In this document: positions 1 to 9,739 of the stretch, one piece after another
Numbering within the stretch: position 1 is the first letter of the stretch
Layout of the letters: every line of letters begins with the position of its first letter
IMG/VR virus record: IMGVR_UViG_3300028666_000022
Span: 275,899-339,898 of that record
DNA: 64,000 nt
Direction: 5' to 3' (one strand)
Program-made: the position numbers and the translations under genes
Notes under the pieces: model-generated
What the model was told of the DNA's origin: nothing
Seen by the model: the letters and a program-made list of their open reading frames with translations, nothing else
Database searches by the model: none

Positions 1-231
1 CAATATAGATTAGGTAATAGATTCTGTTTATCTGATGTTATTGATGACGATGCAATAAGATATTGTAAAGAAATGATTAAATTATTTCAATTAGCAGATG
101 CATTTGTTATGGATATTTGTTTAACTGGTGATGAATGGAAAATAATTGAATGTGGTTGTATTAATTGTGCTGGATTTTATAAAGCAAATATACCTAAATT
201 AATTGATTCTTTAGAAAATTATTTTAATTAA
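1..231 (+). CDS. ATP-grasp domain protein (R2K/DUF4343-like), 5'-truncated by window edge
   Basis: Frame 1 manual translation QYRLG...ADAFVMDICLTGDEWKIIECGCINCAGFYKANIPKLIDSLENYFN*; the FVMD...KIIE-x-x-x-N-x-AGFY C-terminus fits ATP-grasp R2K proteins. Confidence 0.65.
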   Translation, partial: QYRLGNRFCLSDVIDDDAIRYCKEMIKLFQLADAFVMDICLTGDEWKIIECGCINCAGFYKANIPKLIDSLENYFN

Positions 232-237
232 CTATAA

Positions 238-314
238 AGGACATTATATGGGACAATATGTCCTAAATAACAAAAATCTTATTTATATCGGACATTTATA
301 AGACATGTCCGATA
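238..314. terminator. Two adjacent hairpins between convergent genes
   Basis: aggacat...atgtcct (~238-264) and atatcggacat...atgtccgatat (~284-314); both use a GGACA/TGTCC stem. Confidence 0.55.
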
Positions 315-317
315 TTT

Positions 318-875
318 TTATATAAAATCTCCTTGAGTTTCATTAAGAAAAGGAATAATATCTTCCTTGGCTGGAACACCAGTTATGTGCCTAAAATATT
401 TTTGGAATCCTCCAATAGTGTGACTTGTAGTATCTGTAACAAGATCAGCATCTTCTACTTCATAATATCTTTTCTTTTCTCCACTTAAATTATATTCAAT
501 TATATCACCCCTATCTATTTCTAAATTTTTTTCTTTTAATTCTTTTAAATAAACACCAAAATCAATTTTTCCACTATCCTGCCTCGTCACCCCTGCTGGT
601 ATATTTCCATAATATGCTTGCTCAGAGTTACTTACGTTTACCATTACATTTATTTGAACTGCTGACATATATTTCTTATCTTTAGGCTTCGCTTGTCCAT
701 ATAAACTATGTGTCTTGGTTTCAATTATATTAACTTTATGTATATATACATATTGAACATTATCTGTTTTTAAAAAATGTCTTCCATACTCAACCTCCAA
801 ATCAAACGATTCTTGAGTCATAAATAACCCAAATCTCTGAGTCTTCTGATCAACTACTTGTTTTTTCTTTTTCAT
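318..875 (-). CDS. Neck/head-closure protein (T4 gp14-like)
   Basis: HSLYGQ, GDIIEY..YYEV motifs; downstream of the gp13-like gene. Confidence 0.5.
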   Translation of the reverse strand: MKKKKQVVDQKTQRFGLFMTQESFDLEVEYGRHFLKTDNVQYVYIHKVNIIETKTHSLYGQAKPKDKKYMSAVQINVMVNVSNSEQAYYGNIPAGVTRQDSGKIDFGVYLKELKEKNLEIDRGDIIEYNLSGEKKRYYEVEDADLVTDTTSHTIGGFQKYFRHITGVPAKEDIIPFLNETQGDFI

Positions 876-1291
876 TAGTGCATTTCAATTTTATAATTAT
901 TAATATCTTCCTTTGGAAAATATTGTTTTAATTTACTTTTAATGTCATTAATAACATTATTTGGTAGATAATCATCCCAAAATGAAATAGTTTTAAAATC
1001 AATCCAAATCCTTCCCCAATAATTTGTTTTATTCTTTATCTTATAAAACATGGCTTCATCTTCAGGTAATTTTAAATTGAAATTCTGAATAATCGCATCA
1101 CCATGTGCTCCACCTTCTTTAGAAACAATTAAATTATCATCATAAACAGAAAAAGCATAAGTATTTGAATTCCTAAAATAATTTGTTTCACCATCAACAG
1201 TAAGATGCTCAACACCTTCACTAATACTGAATTTATTATCTATTCGTAAAGTATTCTCAAATAATATCCTCTTGTTGCTTTTGAAATTCAT
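875..1291 (-). CDS. Hypothetical late protein, possibly internal head protein
   Basis: Start likely 1291 (MNFKSNKRILFE) because the ORF-track start at 1306 overlaps the late motif; N-terminal LxE motif. Confidence 0.5.
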   Translation of the reverse strand: MNFKSNKRILFENTLRIDNKFSISEGVEHLTVDGETNYFRNSNTYAFSVYDDNLIVSKEGGAHGDAIIQNFNLKLPEDEAMFYKIKNKTNYWGRIWIDFKTISFWDDYLPNNVINDIKSKLKQYFPKEDINNYKIEMH

Positions 1292-1394
1292 GAAATGGAA
1301 TTTCATATAAATACTGAAAAAATAATTGTAAAATATTGATCTTTTTCGTAAATATTTAGTATTTATATTTGTAGTTCAAATAAACAACATTGAT

Positions 1395-1556
1395 ATGGGA
1401 TATTCAAAAGACAAAGACAGGACATTAGGCATAAGACTTGATGTAGATCTCAAAAAGAGATATTTAAAATTTATTAGTGATAATGGATATTCATTATCGA
1501 AAAGAATAAGAGTTTTATTGGAAAATGATATGAAAAATGAAAAAAACAGTATTTGA
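1395..1556 (+). CDS. Small ribbon-helix-helix-like protein (53 aa, not in ORF track)
   Basis: MGYSKDKDRTLGIRLDVDLKKRYLKFISDNGYSLSKRIRVLLENDMKNEKNSI*; beta strand plus two helices; TATATTTG at 1364-1371; overlaps next gene. Confidence 0.65.
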   Translation: MGYSKDKDRTLGIRLDVDLKKRYLKFISDNGYSLSKRIRVLLENDMKNEKNSI

Positions 1557-3009
1557 TGACATTAGTAGTTTTACTAAGGAAGAACTGAAAATCTGGTTTA
1601 ACACAGATAATATTGGTGGTCATAAATGTAGAGAAAATTTTATTTTTGAACATTATCCTGATTTACATAAAGAAATTCTTGAATATTCAAAAATAAACCC
1701 AGATGTCATTAATTGGAAAGAAAAACTATTTAATTATTTAAATAATTTAATTGAAAATCCTAAATGTAAAAATTGTGGAAAAACTTTACATATTAGTACA
1801 AAACATAAAAATTATCCAACATTTTGTTCAAAAGAATGTTATGATAAAAAACGAAATTTTAAACCAAAAAAAGAAAATATTGATATTAGTGCTTTTTCTA
1901 AAGAAGAATTAAAAGAATGGTTTTTATGTAATAATTATGGTGGGTATAAAACACGGGAAGATTGGCTTAAATTACACTATCCAATTCTTTTAGATAAAAT
2001 ATTAAAAAATACTAATGAAATTAATTTAAAATTAAAGGCAAAAATTTATTTATATATTTATGATTTAAAAGAAAGTCCGAAATGTCAAGAATGTGGAAAT
2101 AAATGTAATTTTAGGGATCATTTAACAGAAGGTTTTACTAAATATTGTTGCAATAAATGTTCTCTTAAACAAAGTAGAAAATATAATGGGAAAAATAAAG
2201 TGAATATAGAAAATTATGCATCATTCTCTGATTTTATTATTAAGAATTATAAAAATGGTATGAGTTCAAACGAATGTTACATAAAAGAATCTAATCCAAT
2301 TGAATATAATGAAATTATTAATCTACCAATTAACTTAAATAATATTCCTTGGAGAGAGAAATTATATAATTATACACATGGAATCATAGAAAGACCAATA
2401 TGTCCTGAATGTGGTAAACCAGTGAAATTTAAAAATTTTAATAAGGGTTATAGAAAATTTTGTTCAAAAAAATGTCAAATAGTTTTTATTAATAATATAA
2501 TAAGAAATAATTATAATATTATTATAGCTAAGAGAAAAGAAACTAATTTAAAAAAATATGGTGTTGAACATGCTGCGCAAAATAAAGAAATACAGGAAAA
2601 AATACAACAAACTATAATTGAAAAGTATGGAGAAATTTATGCAAAATATATTCCAAAATATAATATTAATTCAATAATATATTTAGATATTTTAGCTGAA
2701 AAATTAAATCTTCATATACAACATGCTTTAAATGGTGGGGAAAAAAGATTTATAAAATATTGGATTGATGGATATAGTGAAAAATATAATGTATGTATAG
2801 AATGGAATGAAAAATATCATTACACAAAAAAGAATATCGAAAAAGATATAAAAAGAAATAAATTTTTAGTTGAAAATTTTAGGTGTAAGATGATTTATAT
2901 TAAAGAAAAAGAATTTTTAAAAGATGTTGAGAAAAATATTGAGATATTATGTAATGAAATAAATGAATATATTAAAACTAAAACTGTTTTAGAACCCACT
3001 AAATACTGA
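1537..3009 (+). CDS. Free-standing homing-endonuclease-like protein (3 Zn-ribbon repeats, KYGV repeat, C-terminal PD-(D/E)XK-like nuclease)
   Basis: Three PxCxxCG...(F/Y)C-x-x-x-C units; KKYGVEHAAQ; WIDGYSEKYNVCIEWNEKYH; antisense within the neck-gene cluster. Confidence 0.7.
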   Translation: MKKTVFDDISSFTKEELKIWFNTDNIGGHKCRENFIFEHYPDLHKEILEYSKINPDVINWKEKLFNYLNNLIENPKCKNCGKTLHISTKHKNYPTFCSKECYDKKRNFKPKKENIDISAFSKEELKEWFLCNNYGGYKTREDWLKLHYPILLDKILKNTNEINLKLKAKIYLYIYDLKESPKCQECGNKCNFRDHLTEGFTKYCCNKCSLKQSRKYNGKNKVNIENYASFSDFIIKNYKNGMSSNECYIKESNPIEYNEIINLPINLNNIPWREKLYNYTHGIIERPICPECGKPVKFKNFNKGYRKFCSKKCQIVFINNIIRNNYNIIIAKRKETNLKKYGVEHAAQNKEIQEKIQQTIIEKYGEIYAKYIPKYNINSIIYLDILAEKLNLHIQHALNGGEKRFIKYWIDGYSEKYNVCIEWNEKYHYTKKNIEKDIKRNKFLVENFRCKMIYIKEKEFLKDVEKNIEILCNEINEYIKTKTVLEPTKY

Positions 3010-4117
3010 TAATTGGAAATTTGGGAGGCTGAAATTTCATAGTTTCATTAATATTGGACGCTATCTGTAATCTTTCTCCGGTTAAATTTACCTGAGCAAG
3101 TTTATCTAATTGTTCAAGTATTATTTTTTCTGTATCTTCTTTAAGTTTAAGTCCTTCATCTAACAAATGTCTATAGTCCATAGAAAGTGCGGCTTCTGAA
3201 GGGGAAAAAACTTTACCCTCAAAAAATCCTCTAACATTACCTAAAACAATTTTTACCTTGGCAATTAAAAAATTTCTTATTTGTTGACGAGCAACATCAT
3301 TTAATTTTCCCCATTCTAGTATCTTTGTAGGGGCATCTGAAGGTAATCTAACCACATCTGGATTATCTTCTAAACATTTGTCTCTGTTATCTGAATTTGT
3401 ATCATAATAAAAGTACCATATAAGATAACCGTTCCAATGTTTCCCCCATTTGCCAGCTATTTCATACCTATCGCCCGGCACAGGATATAAATGTAACATT
3501 TTTTCTCCTGTTTCTAAACCAGTAATTCTATACGTAAGTGTTGATTGCAACATACGTTTTTTCATCATATTGTCCTGACTCATCAAAAGCGTACTGTATA
3601 TGGGTTGTACTAAATTACCGGGACGAGAGAACATATTCGTGCCCGTTATTCCAGCACCCATTGAATTTAAAGCAAATGGATCAACAAGTCCTAAATCTGC
3701 AGATCCGGGTGTGGACCATAAAACCTCATTTACTTCTCTATTCTTAGGAATTATATAATGTTGTGTATGACCAGAAGTAATAATAAAATCACGTTTTAAT
3801 TCCCAACCTTTAGCTGCAGGAGCATTAGTACCCAGACCTACTTGTTTAGAGTAAGCATAGGTAAAAGATTCCATGTAGTGGTTAGATTTAGTTGTAAAAG
3901 CAGTAAGAAAATCACCAGAAAGATCCATTCCTTCAAGGTTAATCCAATTTTGTTGAATTAGCCAACTATTAACTAAAGAAGAATAATCTTCAACAACCAT
4001 TTCAAGATAAGAGATCATCATGTCATCGGTAAGTTCGAATGGTCTAAGAGGCCAACCCATTTCATGTTTGATTTGTGTAAATAATTTATTTCTATCTGGT
4101 GTTGTGATTAAAGCCAT
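2999..4117 (-). CDS. Neck/head-tail adaptor protein (T4 gp13-like)
   Basis: 372 aa; N-terminal IKHEMGWP..FELTDD and C-terminal LGNVRG...MDYRHLLDEG patterns; late motif upstream. Confidence 0.65.
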   Translation of the reverse strand: MALITTPDRNKLFTQIKHEMGWPLRPFELTDDMMISYLEMVVEDYSSLVNSWLIQQNWINLEGMDLSGDFLTAFTTKSNHYMESFTYAYSKQVGLGTNAPAAKGWELKRDFIITSGHTQHYIIPKNREVNEVLWSTPGSADLGLVDPFALNSMGAGITGTNMFSRPGNLVQPIYSTLLMSQDNMMKKRMLQSTLTYRITGLETGEKMLHLYPVPGDRYEIAGKWGKHWNGYLIWYFYYDTNSDNRDKCLEDNPDVVRLPSDAPTKILEWGKLNDVARQQIRNFLIAKVKIVLGNVRGFFEGKVFSPSEAALSMDYRHLLDEGLKLKEDTEKIILEQLDKLAQVNLTGERLQIASNINETMKFQPPKFPIISI

Positions 4118-4134
4118 ACAAGATTAATATTTAA

Positions 4135-4143
4135 TATAAATAC
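4135..4143 (-). promoter_or_regulatory. Putative late promoter GTATTTATA (representative; see findings for all copies)
   Basis: Same motif lies ~14-55 nt upstream of at least 15 mostly structural gene starts, always in coding orientation. Confidence 0.7.
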
Positions 4144-4195
4144 TTGATAAAATAATATATGATATGTTTAATTATAAAATTATTTTGTTTATGTT

Positions 4196-4227
4196 TGTAA
4201 CAAAATTAAATTATTTTCGTATATTTG
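4196..4227 (+). promoter_or_regulatory. ECF-like promoter TGTAAC-N16-CGTA overlapping host-type TATATTTG
   Basis: TGTAAC 4196-4201, CGTA 4218-4221; heads the plus-strand accessory block. Confidence 0.6.
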
Positions 4228-4255
4228 AATATTAAGAATTAAATAAAAAAATATT

Positions 4256-4546
4256 ATGAATAACGAACAAAACATAATTGATGTTAGTGATAATAAAATC
4301 ACAGTACCACAATTAATTGAAGAATGTAAAAAATACTATGCTCTACCGGGTAATAGAGTTGGTGGAAGTCTTCATATTGTATTAGATGATGATAATATTG
4401 GTGATAATCATATTAAGTATTGTATTGAATATGCTAAAAGTAAAAATGATATAGAAGGCATAAAACTTGGTGAATTAATATTAAAAGCAAGTAAAACACA
4501 GAGAAAGAAACTTGTTAATAATTATTCACATTATTGTTATTGTTAG
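4256..4546 (+). CDS. Hypothetical phage protein
   Basis: 96 aa ORF after promoter; GGSLHIVLDDDN motif. Confidence 0.6.
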   Translation: MNNEQNIIDVSDNKITVPQLIEECKKYYALPGNRVGGSLHIVLDDDNIGDNHIKYCIEYAKSKNDIEGIKLGELILKASKTQRKKLVNNYSHYCYC

Positions 4547-4582
4547 ATATTTGGTTTTATTTGTAAATAATATAATTAAAAT

Positions 4583-4614
4583 TTTAACAAATTTAAATTA
4601 TTGTCGTATATTTG
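4583..4614 (+). promoter_or_regulatory. ECF-like promoter variant TTTAAC-N16-CGTA overlapping TATATTTG
   Basis: Same architecture as 4196. Confidence 0.5.
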
Positions 4615-4657
4615 AATATTAATAATTTAAAAACATTAAAAATGAATTTATACAAAA

Positions 4658-5059
4658 ATGAATTTATACAAAATTGAATTTTTACATGCATCCCCAAAGG
4701 ACAGTGAAATTGGTATGAAATGTTTATTACTTGCTGAAAATGATGAACAAGTTTATGAGTGGTTAAAATCAGAACCAAAAATTGGAGAACGACATCTCTT
4801 TAATAACTGGAATGATAATGAAACTGAAAATGAAGAATTTAATATTTATGATGATAATTATGAAATCATTGAAAAAGAAAATTTTAAACAAAAAATAATT
4901 CGTTTGAAAGGTCAAATGAATGATGATGATTATGATTACTCGGATGCTTACTATGGTATAACATTATTCGGTTGGAGTATTTTAAAAGAAAATGTAACTA
5001 CTGATTATTCTGAATTAATTGAATTAGAAATTGTTTACCGTGTTTTGAATATTAAATAA
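4658..5059 (+). CDS. Hypothetical acidic protein
   Basis: 133 aa ORF; start region carries a 16-nt tandem duplication atgaatttatacaaaa (4642-4673). Confidence 0.6.
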   Translation: MNLYKIEFLHASPKDSEIGMKCLLLAENDEQVYEWLKSEPKIGERHLFNNWNDNETENEEFNIYDDNYEIIEKENFKQKIIRLKGQMNDDDYDYSDAYYGITLFGWSILKENVTTDYSELIELEIVYRVLNIK

Positions 5060-5064
5060 TTGAA

Positions 5065-5361
5065 ATGGAAAATTTAATCTGTAAGAAAGTTTCATTTGTA
5101 AATGAAGAACAAGCATTATTCTATATAAATAAGTTAAATAGAACATCAAAAAGAAATATAATACCACAGAGAGCATATTTATGTGAAAAATGTTTAACGT
5201 GGCATTTAACATCCATTATTAACAATAAAGATAAAATGCTTAATATACTTCAATCAAGAATTGATATTTATTTAAAGGATAATAATATGGATACTAAATT
5301 TAAATTGAGATTAATTGAAGAAAATGAATATATTAAAAAACAAATTTTAAGTTTATTTTAA
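5065..5361 (+). CDS. Hypothetical Zn-binding protein
   Basis: C...RAYLCEKCLTWHLTS motif. Confidence 0.6.
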   Translation: MENLICKKVSFVNEEQALFYINKLNRTSKRNIIPQRAYLCEKCLTWHLTSIINNKDKMLNILQSRIDIYLKDNNMDTKFKLRLIEENEYIKKQILSLF

Positions 5362-5372
5362 AATAAGTAATT

Positions 5373-5678
5373 ATGAACTGGATAAAATTTACAGATAAAT
5401 TACCAGAAGTAAATGTAGAAGTACTTTTATTTAATAGTGTAGTTAATAATACTTATGGTATTGGAGCAATTAGTGAAATAGATGAAGATGGTACATTTTG
5501 TATATATTCTAAACAATTATTATTTAATCAATGTAAAGAATATAAACCTACTCATTGGATGCCATTAATTGCACCTGACGCTAATAAGCAATATTGTGAA
5601 ATCTGTAATGAAGAAATTAGCGATAATAAATTACATGATTCTAATTTTATTTTAGATAATTATAGTGATCATATTTAA
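5373..5678 (+). CDS. DUF551-like phage protein
   Basis: MNWIKFTDKLPE...PTHWMPL. Confidence 0.65.
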   Translation: MNWIKFTDKLPEVNVEVLLFNSVVNNTYGIGAISEIDEDGTFCIYSKQLLFNQCKEYKPTHWMPLIAPDANKQYCEICNEEISDNKLHDSNFILDNYSDHI

Positions 5679-5688
5679 ACTAAATATT

Positions 5689-6099
5689 ATGACAAAAGAT
5701 GAGATTAATCAAATGGATAGTGAATATGCTAAAATCTTTCATGAAGAAACAGAAAAAGTAAGATTATTAAAACTTGAATGGAAAAATAAATTAAAGGGAC
5801 TAGTAAATATTAATAGTTTATTTAAATGGCTTGATGATCATGATTATTGGTTACCAATTGATATTGTTGAAATATATAATATAGATGAAAAACAAAGTGG
5901 TTATAGTAGTTATCAACATGTAAGAATAAAAGACGATAAAGATAAATTACTTTACATGATGCAAAATGAAGATGAAATTCGTGGAGTAACTCATTATTGT
6001 GTTTGGCAAACATGTGGAATGATGGGTGATGATTATTCGGGTTATCTTTTATTTCCATTAAAAAATGGTAAATATTTTAAAGTTAGTTATGCGTGTTAA
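5689..6099 (+). CDS. Hypothetical protein
   Basis: ATG at 5689 preferred over upstream GTG; in packed plus-strand block. Confidence 0.55.
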   Translation: MTKDEINQMDSEYAKIFHEETEKVRLLKLEWKNKLKGLVNINSLFKWLDDHDYWLPIDIVEIYNIDEKQSGYSSYQHVRIKDDKDKLLYMMQNEDEIRGVTHYCVWQTCGMMGDDYSGYLLFPLKNGKYFKVSYAC

Positions 6100-6124
6100 A
6101 TTAATTATTAAAACATTAAATATT

Positions 6125-6328
6125 ATGAGAATATATGAATTTATTGAAGGAATTAAAATCCTTGAAAAGTATGTGCCAGAAGATGAACTTCAATCATTTG
6201 GAGTTCAATTTGAACATGATCAAATTTATTTTGGGTCTGAATCATGGGTTACTGATGAAGACGATAGAAATAAATTAGTTGAATTAGGATGGTATGTTGA
6301 GGAAGATAGTTGGTGTGCTTTTTCTTAA
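6125..6328 (+). CDS. Hypothetical protein
   Basis: MRIYEF...FEHDQIYFG...LVELGW; start re-placed to 6125. Confidence 0.55.
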   Translation: MRIYEFIEGIKILEKYVPEDELQSFGVQFEHDQIYFGSESWVTDEDDRNKLVELGWYVEEDSWCAFS

Positions 6329-6357
6329 AAAGAATTTTATTTATATAATAAACAAAA

Positions 6358-6540
6358 ATGATGTATACTAAACAAGAATTTTACGGAACTCTCAGAATAA
6401 CAAATCCAATGACATTAGAGAAATGGAAGAAAAGTGGAAAATATCAAGAACTACTTAATGAAGGATATATTTATGCTATTGGTTGTGGAAGATTCAGAAA
6501 AGAAATATGTTTTTGTTATAAATGTCGTAAAATAAATTAA
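6358..6540 (+). CDS. Hypothetical small protein
   Basis: 60 aa ORF in packed block. Confidence 0.45.
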   Translation: MMYTKQEFYGTLRITNPMTLEKWKKSGKYQELLNEGYIYAIGCGRFRKEICFCYKCRKIN

Positions 6541-6548
6541 TTAATATT

Positions 6549-7181
6549 ATGAAAACCTTAAACAAAGTCTTTACTGAAGAACAGGTAAATGAAGTTTCAG
6601 AGAAAATACTTAAATCAAGTATTGAAAAAATCAATAATGATTTAAATAGTAGGTTTTATGATGAAATGAAAAGTTTTCTTTATGAACATTATCAAAATGT
6701 AAGTGATAGTATTCATAAAGAACTAATTAAAGAAATTACAGAAGAATTTATTAAAGATCCATTATTATATAAGTTTGCAGGACTTCGTCAAAAATTGTTT
6801 AATGAAAATAAAGATTTGCTTATAAAAACTTTAACTGACGAAGCAATTGAAAAAAATGTTGAAGATGTTATTTGGCAACATACTAATCAAAATTATCAAT
6901 TTGATTGGAAATGGAAGAATGCTATTATTAGGATAATTCTTGAAAACTGGAATAAATTAAAAGATGATGAAAGGATAAATAATGGATTATTAAGAGAAAT
7001 TGAACAATTAAAACATCGACTTAATAATATTAAAGAGGTTGATTTAGAAGTAACACAAACTGTAATACAAGATGCTTTATATGCAACAAATCATTATAGT
7101 ACTGATGATTGTGATAATTTAGCTATTGAAATACTAATGTATTTTAAAGATGCTGGATTTATGATTGTTAAGCAATTTTAA
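6549..7181 (+). CDS. Hypothetical helical protein
   Basis: 210 aa ORF. Confidence 0.55.
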   Translation: MKTLNKVFTEEQVNEVSEKILKSSIEKINNDLNSRFYDEMKSFLYEHYQNVSDSIHKELIKEITEEFIKDPLLYKFAGLRQKLFNENKDLLIKTLTDEAIEKNVEDVIWQHTNQNYQFDWKWKNAIIRIILENWNKLKDDERINNGLLREIEQLKHRLNNIKEVDLEVTQTVIQDALYATNHYSTDDCDNLAIEILMYFKDAGFMIVKQF

Positions 7182-7247
7182 AAAATTTAAAAATTTTTCT
7201 TGTAATTCAAAATATTTATAATTATCTTTACAATAAATAATGTTCTC

Positions 7248-7520
7248 ATGAAAAAGCTATTAAAAAAATTACTGAATTTAAGATTACGATTTGTAGTTGA
7301 TTGTAATTTTAATGATTTGTCTGAAAAAGAAAAGCAAAAATATTTTGACTGGGCTAATGAATTAATCACAGATGATGTATTATTTTGTACACGAGTTTGG
7401 TCAGCTTGGAATGTTGGAACTATGAGCGAAGATGATTTCTTTCCTGCCTATGAAGACGATGATTTCATTTATCGTATTGCTGAAGCATTATTTGAAAGTA
7501 GTAAAAATAAAATATTATGA
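7248..7520 (+). CDS. Hypothetical protein
   Basis: CTRVWSAWNVGTMSEDDF motif. Confidence 0.6.
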   Translation: MKKLLKKLLNLRLRFVVDCNFNDLSEKEKQKYFDWANELITDDVLFCTRVWSAWNVGTMSEDDFFPAYEDDDFIYRIAEALFESSKNKIL

Positions 7521-7798
7521 TTGAAGTTAAATTAATTAACAATAATTTTCAAAATGGTGAATTTTTACCAAAAAGAAAAATTATTGAAATACCAATTGTT
7601 ACTGAATTACAACAAGATTGTTATTTATTTAATTCTATGGATGCTCCATCTGAATTTAAAATAATGTTATTAAAAGAAGTTGCTAGTAAGATAGATGAAA
7701 TTATTATGAATGATGCTCCTAAACATATTGATAAACAATGGTTAATTAATAAATTAAATAGAATTAAAGTAATTGATTATGGAACTGAAAATAGTTAA
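7517..7798 (+). CDS. Hypothetical protein
   Basis: ATGA-coupled ORF. Confidence 0.5.
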   Translation: MIEVKLINNNFQNGEFLPKRKIIEIPIVTELQQDCYLFNSMDAPSEFKIMLLKEVASKIDEIIMNDAPKHIDKQWLINKLNRIKVIDYGTENS

Positions 7799-8015
7799 AA
7801 GACCATTACAAGATAGTAATACTAAATCAGAAGATTTAGAATTTATTGAACATAAAATTGAAAATAATCAATTAAAAGAGATAATACCAAGTTGGTGTGT
7901 TAAATCTTCTATCTATAGAGAAGGTGATGGAGGTATGAATATGTGGTTTAAGGAAATTGAACGAGTTAAACCAGATGTTATTTATATGAAATACACTCTT
8001 GGAAAGAAAAAATAG
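7779..8015 (+). CDS. Hypothetical protein
   Basis: MELKIV start; overlaps previous gene. Confidence 0.5.
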   Translation: MELKIVKRPLQDSNTKSEDLEFIEHKIENNQLKEIIPSWCVKSSIYREGDGGMNMWFKEIERVKPDVIYMKYTLGKKK

Positions 8016-8137
8016 TTAATGGTATGAATGAAAATGATTGGTTTGAAGATATTTTATATCGTGTAAGATATGACTTTAAAAAATTTTAAAATAACATTAT
8101 ATAAATTAAAGTTAAATAAAATTAATAAATAAAAATT

Positions 8138-8341
8138 ATGAATACATTAGAAACAAAAATCAGATTACTTCTAATTGAAAATATTGATGAAGTATTAAAT
8201 AATCCAATTTTGGGTGATTTTGATTGTTATTTTGGCGAAAATCAATCTGAAAGAATGGCTGATGCAGCATTATCTGTTTTATTGGCAACAAAAGAAGCAC
8301 AGGATTTAATTAAAAGGATGAGATTGAATTACGTTAAATAA
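8138..8341 (+). CDS. Hypothetical protein flanked by 16-nt direct repeats
   Basis: aaataacattatataa at 8089-8104 and 8336-8351. Confidence 0.5.
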   Translation: MNTLETKIRLLLIENIDEVLNNPILGDFDCYFGENQSERMADAALSVLLATKEAQDLIKRMRLNYVK

Positions 8342-8362
8342 CATTATATAATAACAAATTTA

Positions 8363-8818
8363 GTGCTTAAAATAGAATATGAAATCAAATTAAATAAATC
8401 AGGTAGACCATATATTGAGTTATCTAAAGATTATGAAGATAAGGCAGAGGATAAATTTTTGGTGCTTGAATTAAGTAGATATATTTTACAAAATGTTTAC
8501 AGTAATAAAAGTTCTGAATTCGATAAAATTACTTCAGAATATTTAGAAAATTGTCTGGGTTTATTAGGACAAGTTTCAGATGAGGTAGCAATACTGTTAC
8601 GTGAACAAATGGAAGTACTAGGAGAAACATCAATTATTATGAATAGAAATTATCATATTCAAGTTGATAGTATTAAAGAAAGAAATAAACTCAATTATAA
8701 TGGTATTATTTATAATGATAAAATTTTTGTAAGACAAGAAGGTTTAAAAGTTTTAGTACTTTCAGATATGAAAATATATGAACTCCAAGGTGGAATTGAT
8801 AATGAAAATTGGAAGTAA
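8363..8818 (+). CDS. Hypothetical protein
   Basis: 151 aa, GTG start. Confidence 0.55.
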   Translation: MLKIEYEIKLNKSGRPYIELSKDYEDKAEDKFLVLELSRYILQNVYSNKSSEFDKITSEYLENCLGLLGQVSDEVAILLREQMEVLGETSIIMNRNYHIQVDSIKERNKLNYNGIIYNDKIFVRQEGLKVLVLSDMKIYELQGGIDNENWK

Positions 8819-8823
8819 GTAAG

Positions 8824-8976
8824 ATGAAAAATGAGGAAATTTTTAGTTTATTATCAGATAAATTAAATTCTAATATGATTTATATTTTTTATGAGTCTAG
8901 TTCACATGAAATATTATTTAATGATTTTGACGATGCACTCAGTGATTTACAGAACATATATTTTGATATAACCTAA
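8824..8976 (+). CDS. Small acidic MKN-type protein (50 aa, not in ORF track)
   Basis: MKNEEIFSLLSDKLNSNMIYIFYESSSHEILFNDFDDALSDLQNIYFDIT*. Confidence 0.45.
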   Translation: MKNEEIFSLLSDKLNSNMIYIFYESSSHEILFNDFDDALSDLQNIYFDIT

Positions 8977-9110
8977 TTATTATGAAATAAAAATGAAAAA
9001 TGATTTAATTGAAAATAGGCTACATGAAAATCTCAAAAGAAATTTTAATTATTTATATTACATATTAAATATGTATAACATAAATTATCGACAAAAATAA
9101 AACAAGTTTT

Positions 9111-9404
9111 ATGTCCAAAGAAAAGAAATTAAGTCGTAATGATCCTAAAGTTTTTGAAACCCTAATAAACAAAGAATTAGAAAAATATGGTGTTAGTTAT
9201 GATTACATAAAAAATAATCAAGAATTTGATGGTGTACCTTGGTATCAATATTATATTTTTAATTCCCAAGAAGAATATGAAAAATGGAAATCTTTTTGTA
9301 AAGAATTTTTACAGAAAAAAGTAACACCGAAAATGACTAATAAGGAATTTAATAATTGGTGGCCTTCGTTTGATTTATGTTATGGCTTGAAACAAAATTT
9401 TTAA
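9111..9404 (+). CDS. Hypothetical protein
   Basis: 97 aa ORF. Confidence 0.55.
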   Translation: MSKEKKLSRNDPKVFETLINKELEKYGVSYDYIKNNQEFDGVPWYQYYIFNSQEEYEKWKSFCKEFLQKKVTPKMTNKEFNNWWPSFDLCYGLKQNF

Positions 9405-9430
9405 GAAGTTTTATTTTTAAAAATAATATA

Positions 9431-9727
9431 ATGAATAATTTAATTAATCTAAAAAATATTACTATGAAAGATGATATCATGTATTTAATTGATGTTGTGG
9501 ACAGCCTAAATGATTGTATTTGGGGAGAAGAAGGTGAGAATGAAGAAAATTTTGAACACATGTTCAGTCTTAGATATTCACCTATATTTCAAATGATTTA
9601 TTTTGATGACACACTATTGTGGCATTCTGAATTTGAAGATGAATATGAAGATTTAGAAGAATTTTGTAAAGATAGGCTTCGCGAAATAAATGAAAATTTA
9701 ATATCATTAAATGATTTATTGGAATAA
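9431..9727 (+). CDS. Acidic hypothetical protein, paralog of the next gene
   Basis: Shares IWGEEGENEENFE and YEDLEEF with 9740-10015; start 9431 or 9464. Confidence 0.6.
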   Translation: MNNLINLKNITMKDDIMYLIDVVDSLNDCIWGEEGENEENFEHMFSLRYSPIFQMIYFDDTLLWHSEFEDEYEDLEEFCKDRLREINENLISLNDLLE

Positions 9728-9739
9728 AACATAAATAAT

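Noticed and set aside
4642-4673. Programmed frameshift at the duplicated start of the 133-aa gene
   Set aside because: Simple 16-nt tandem duplication; the second ATG gives the full ORF
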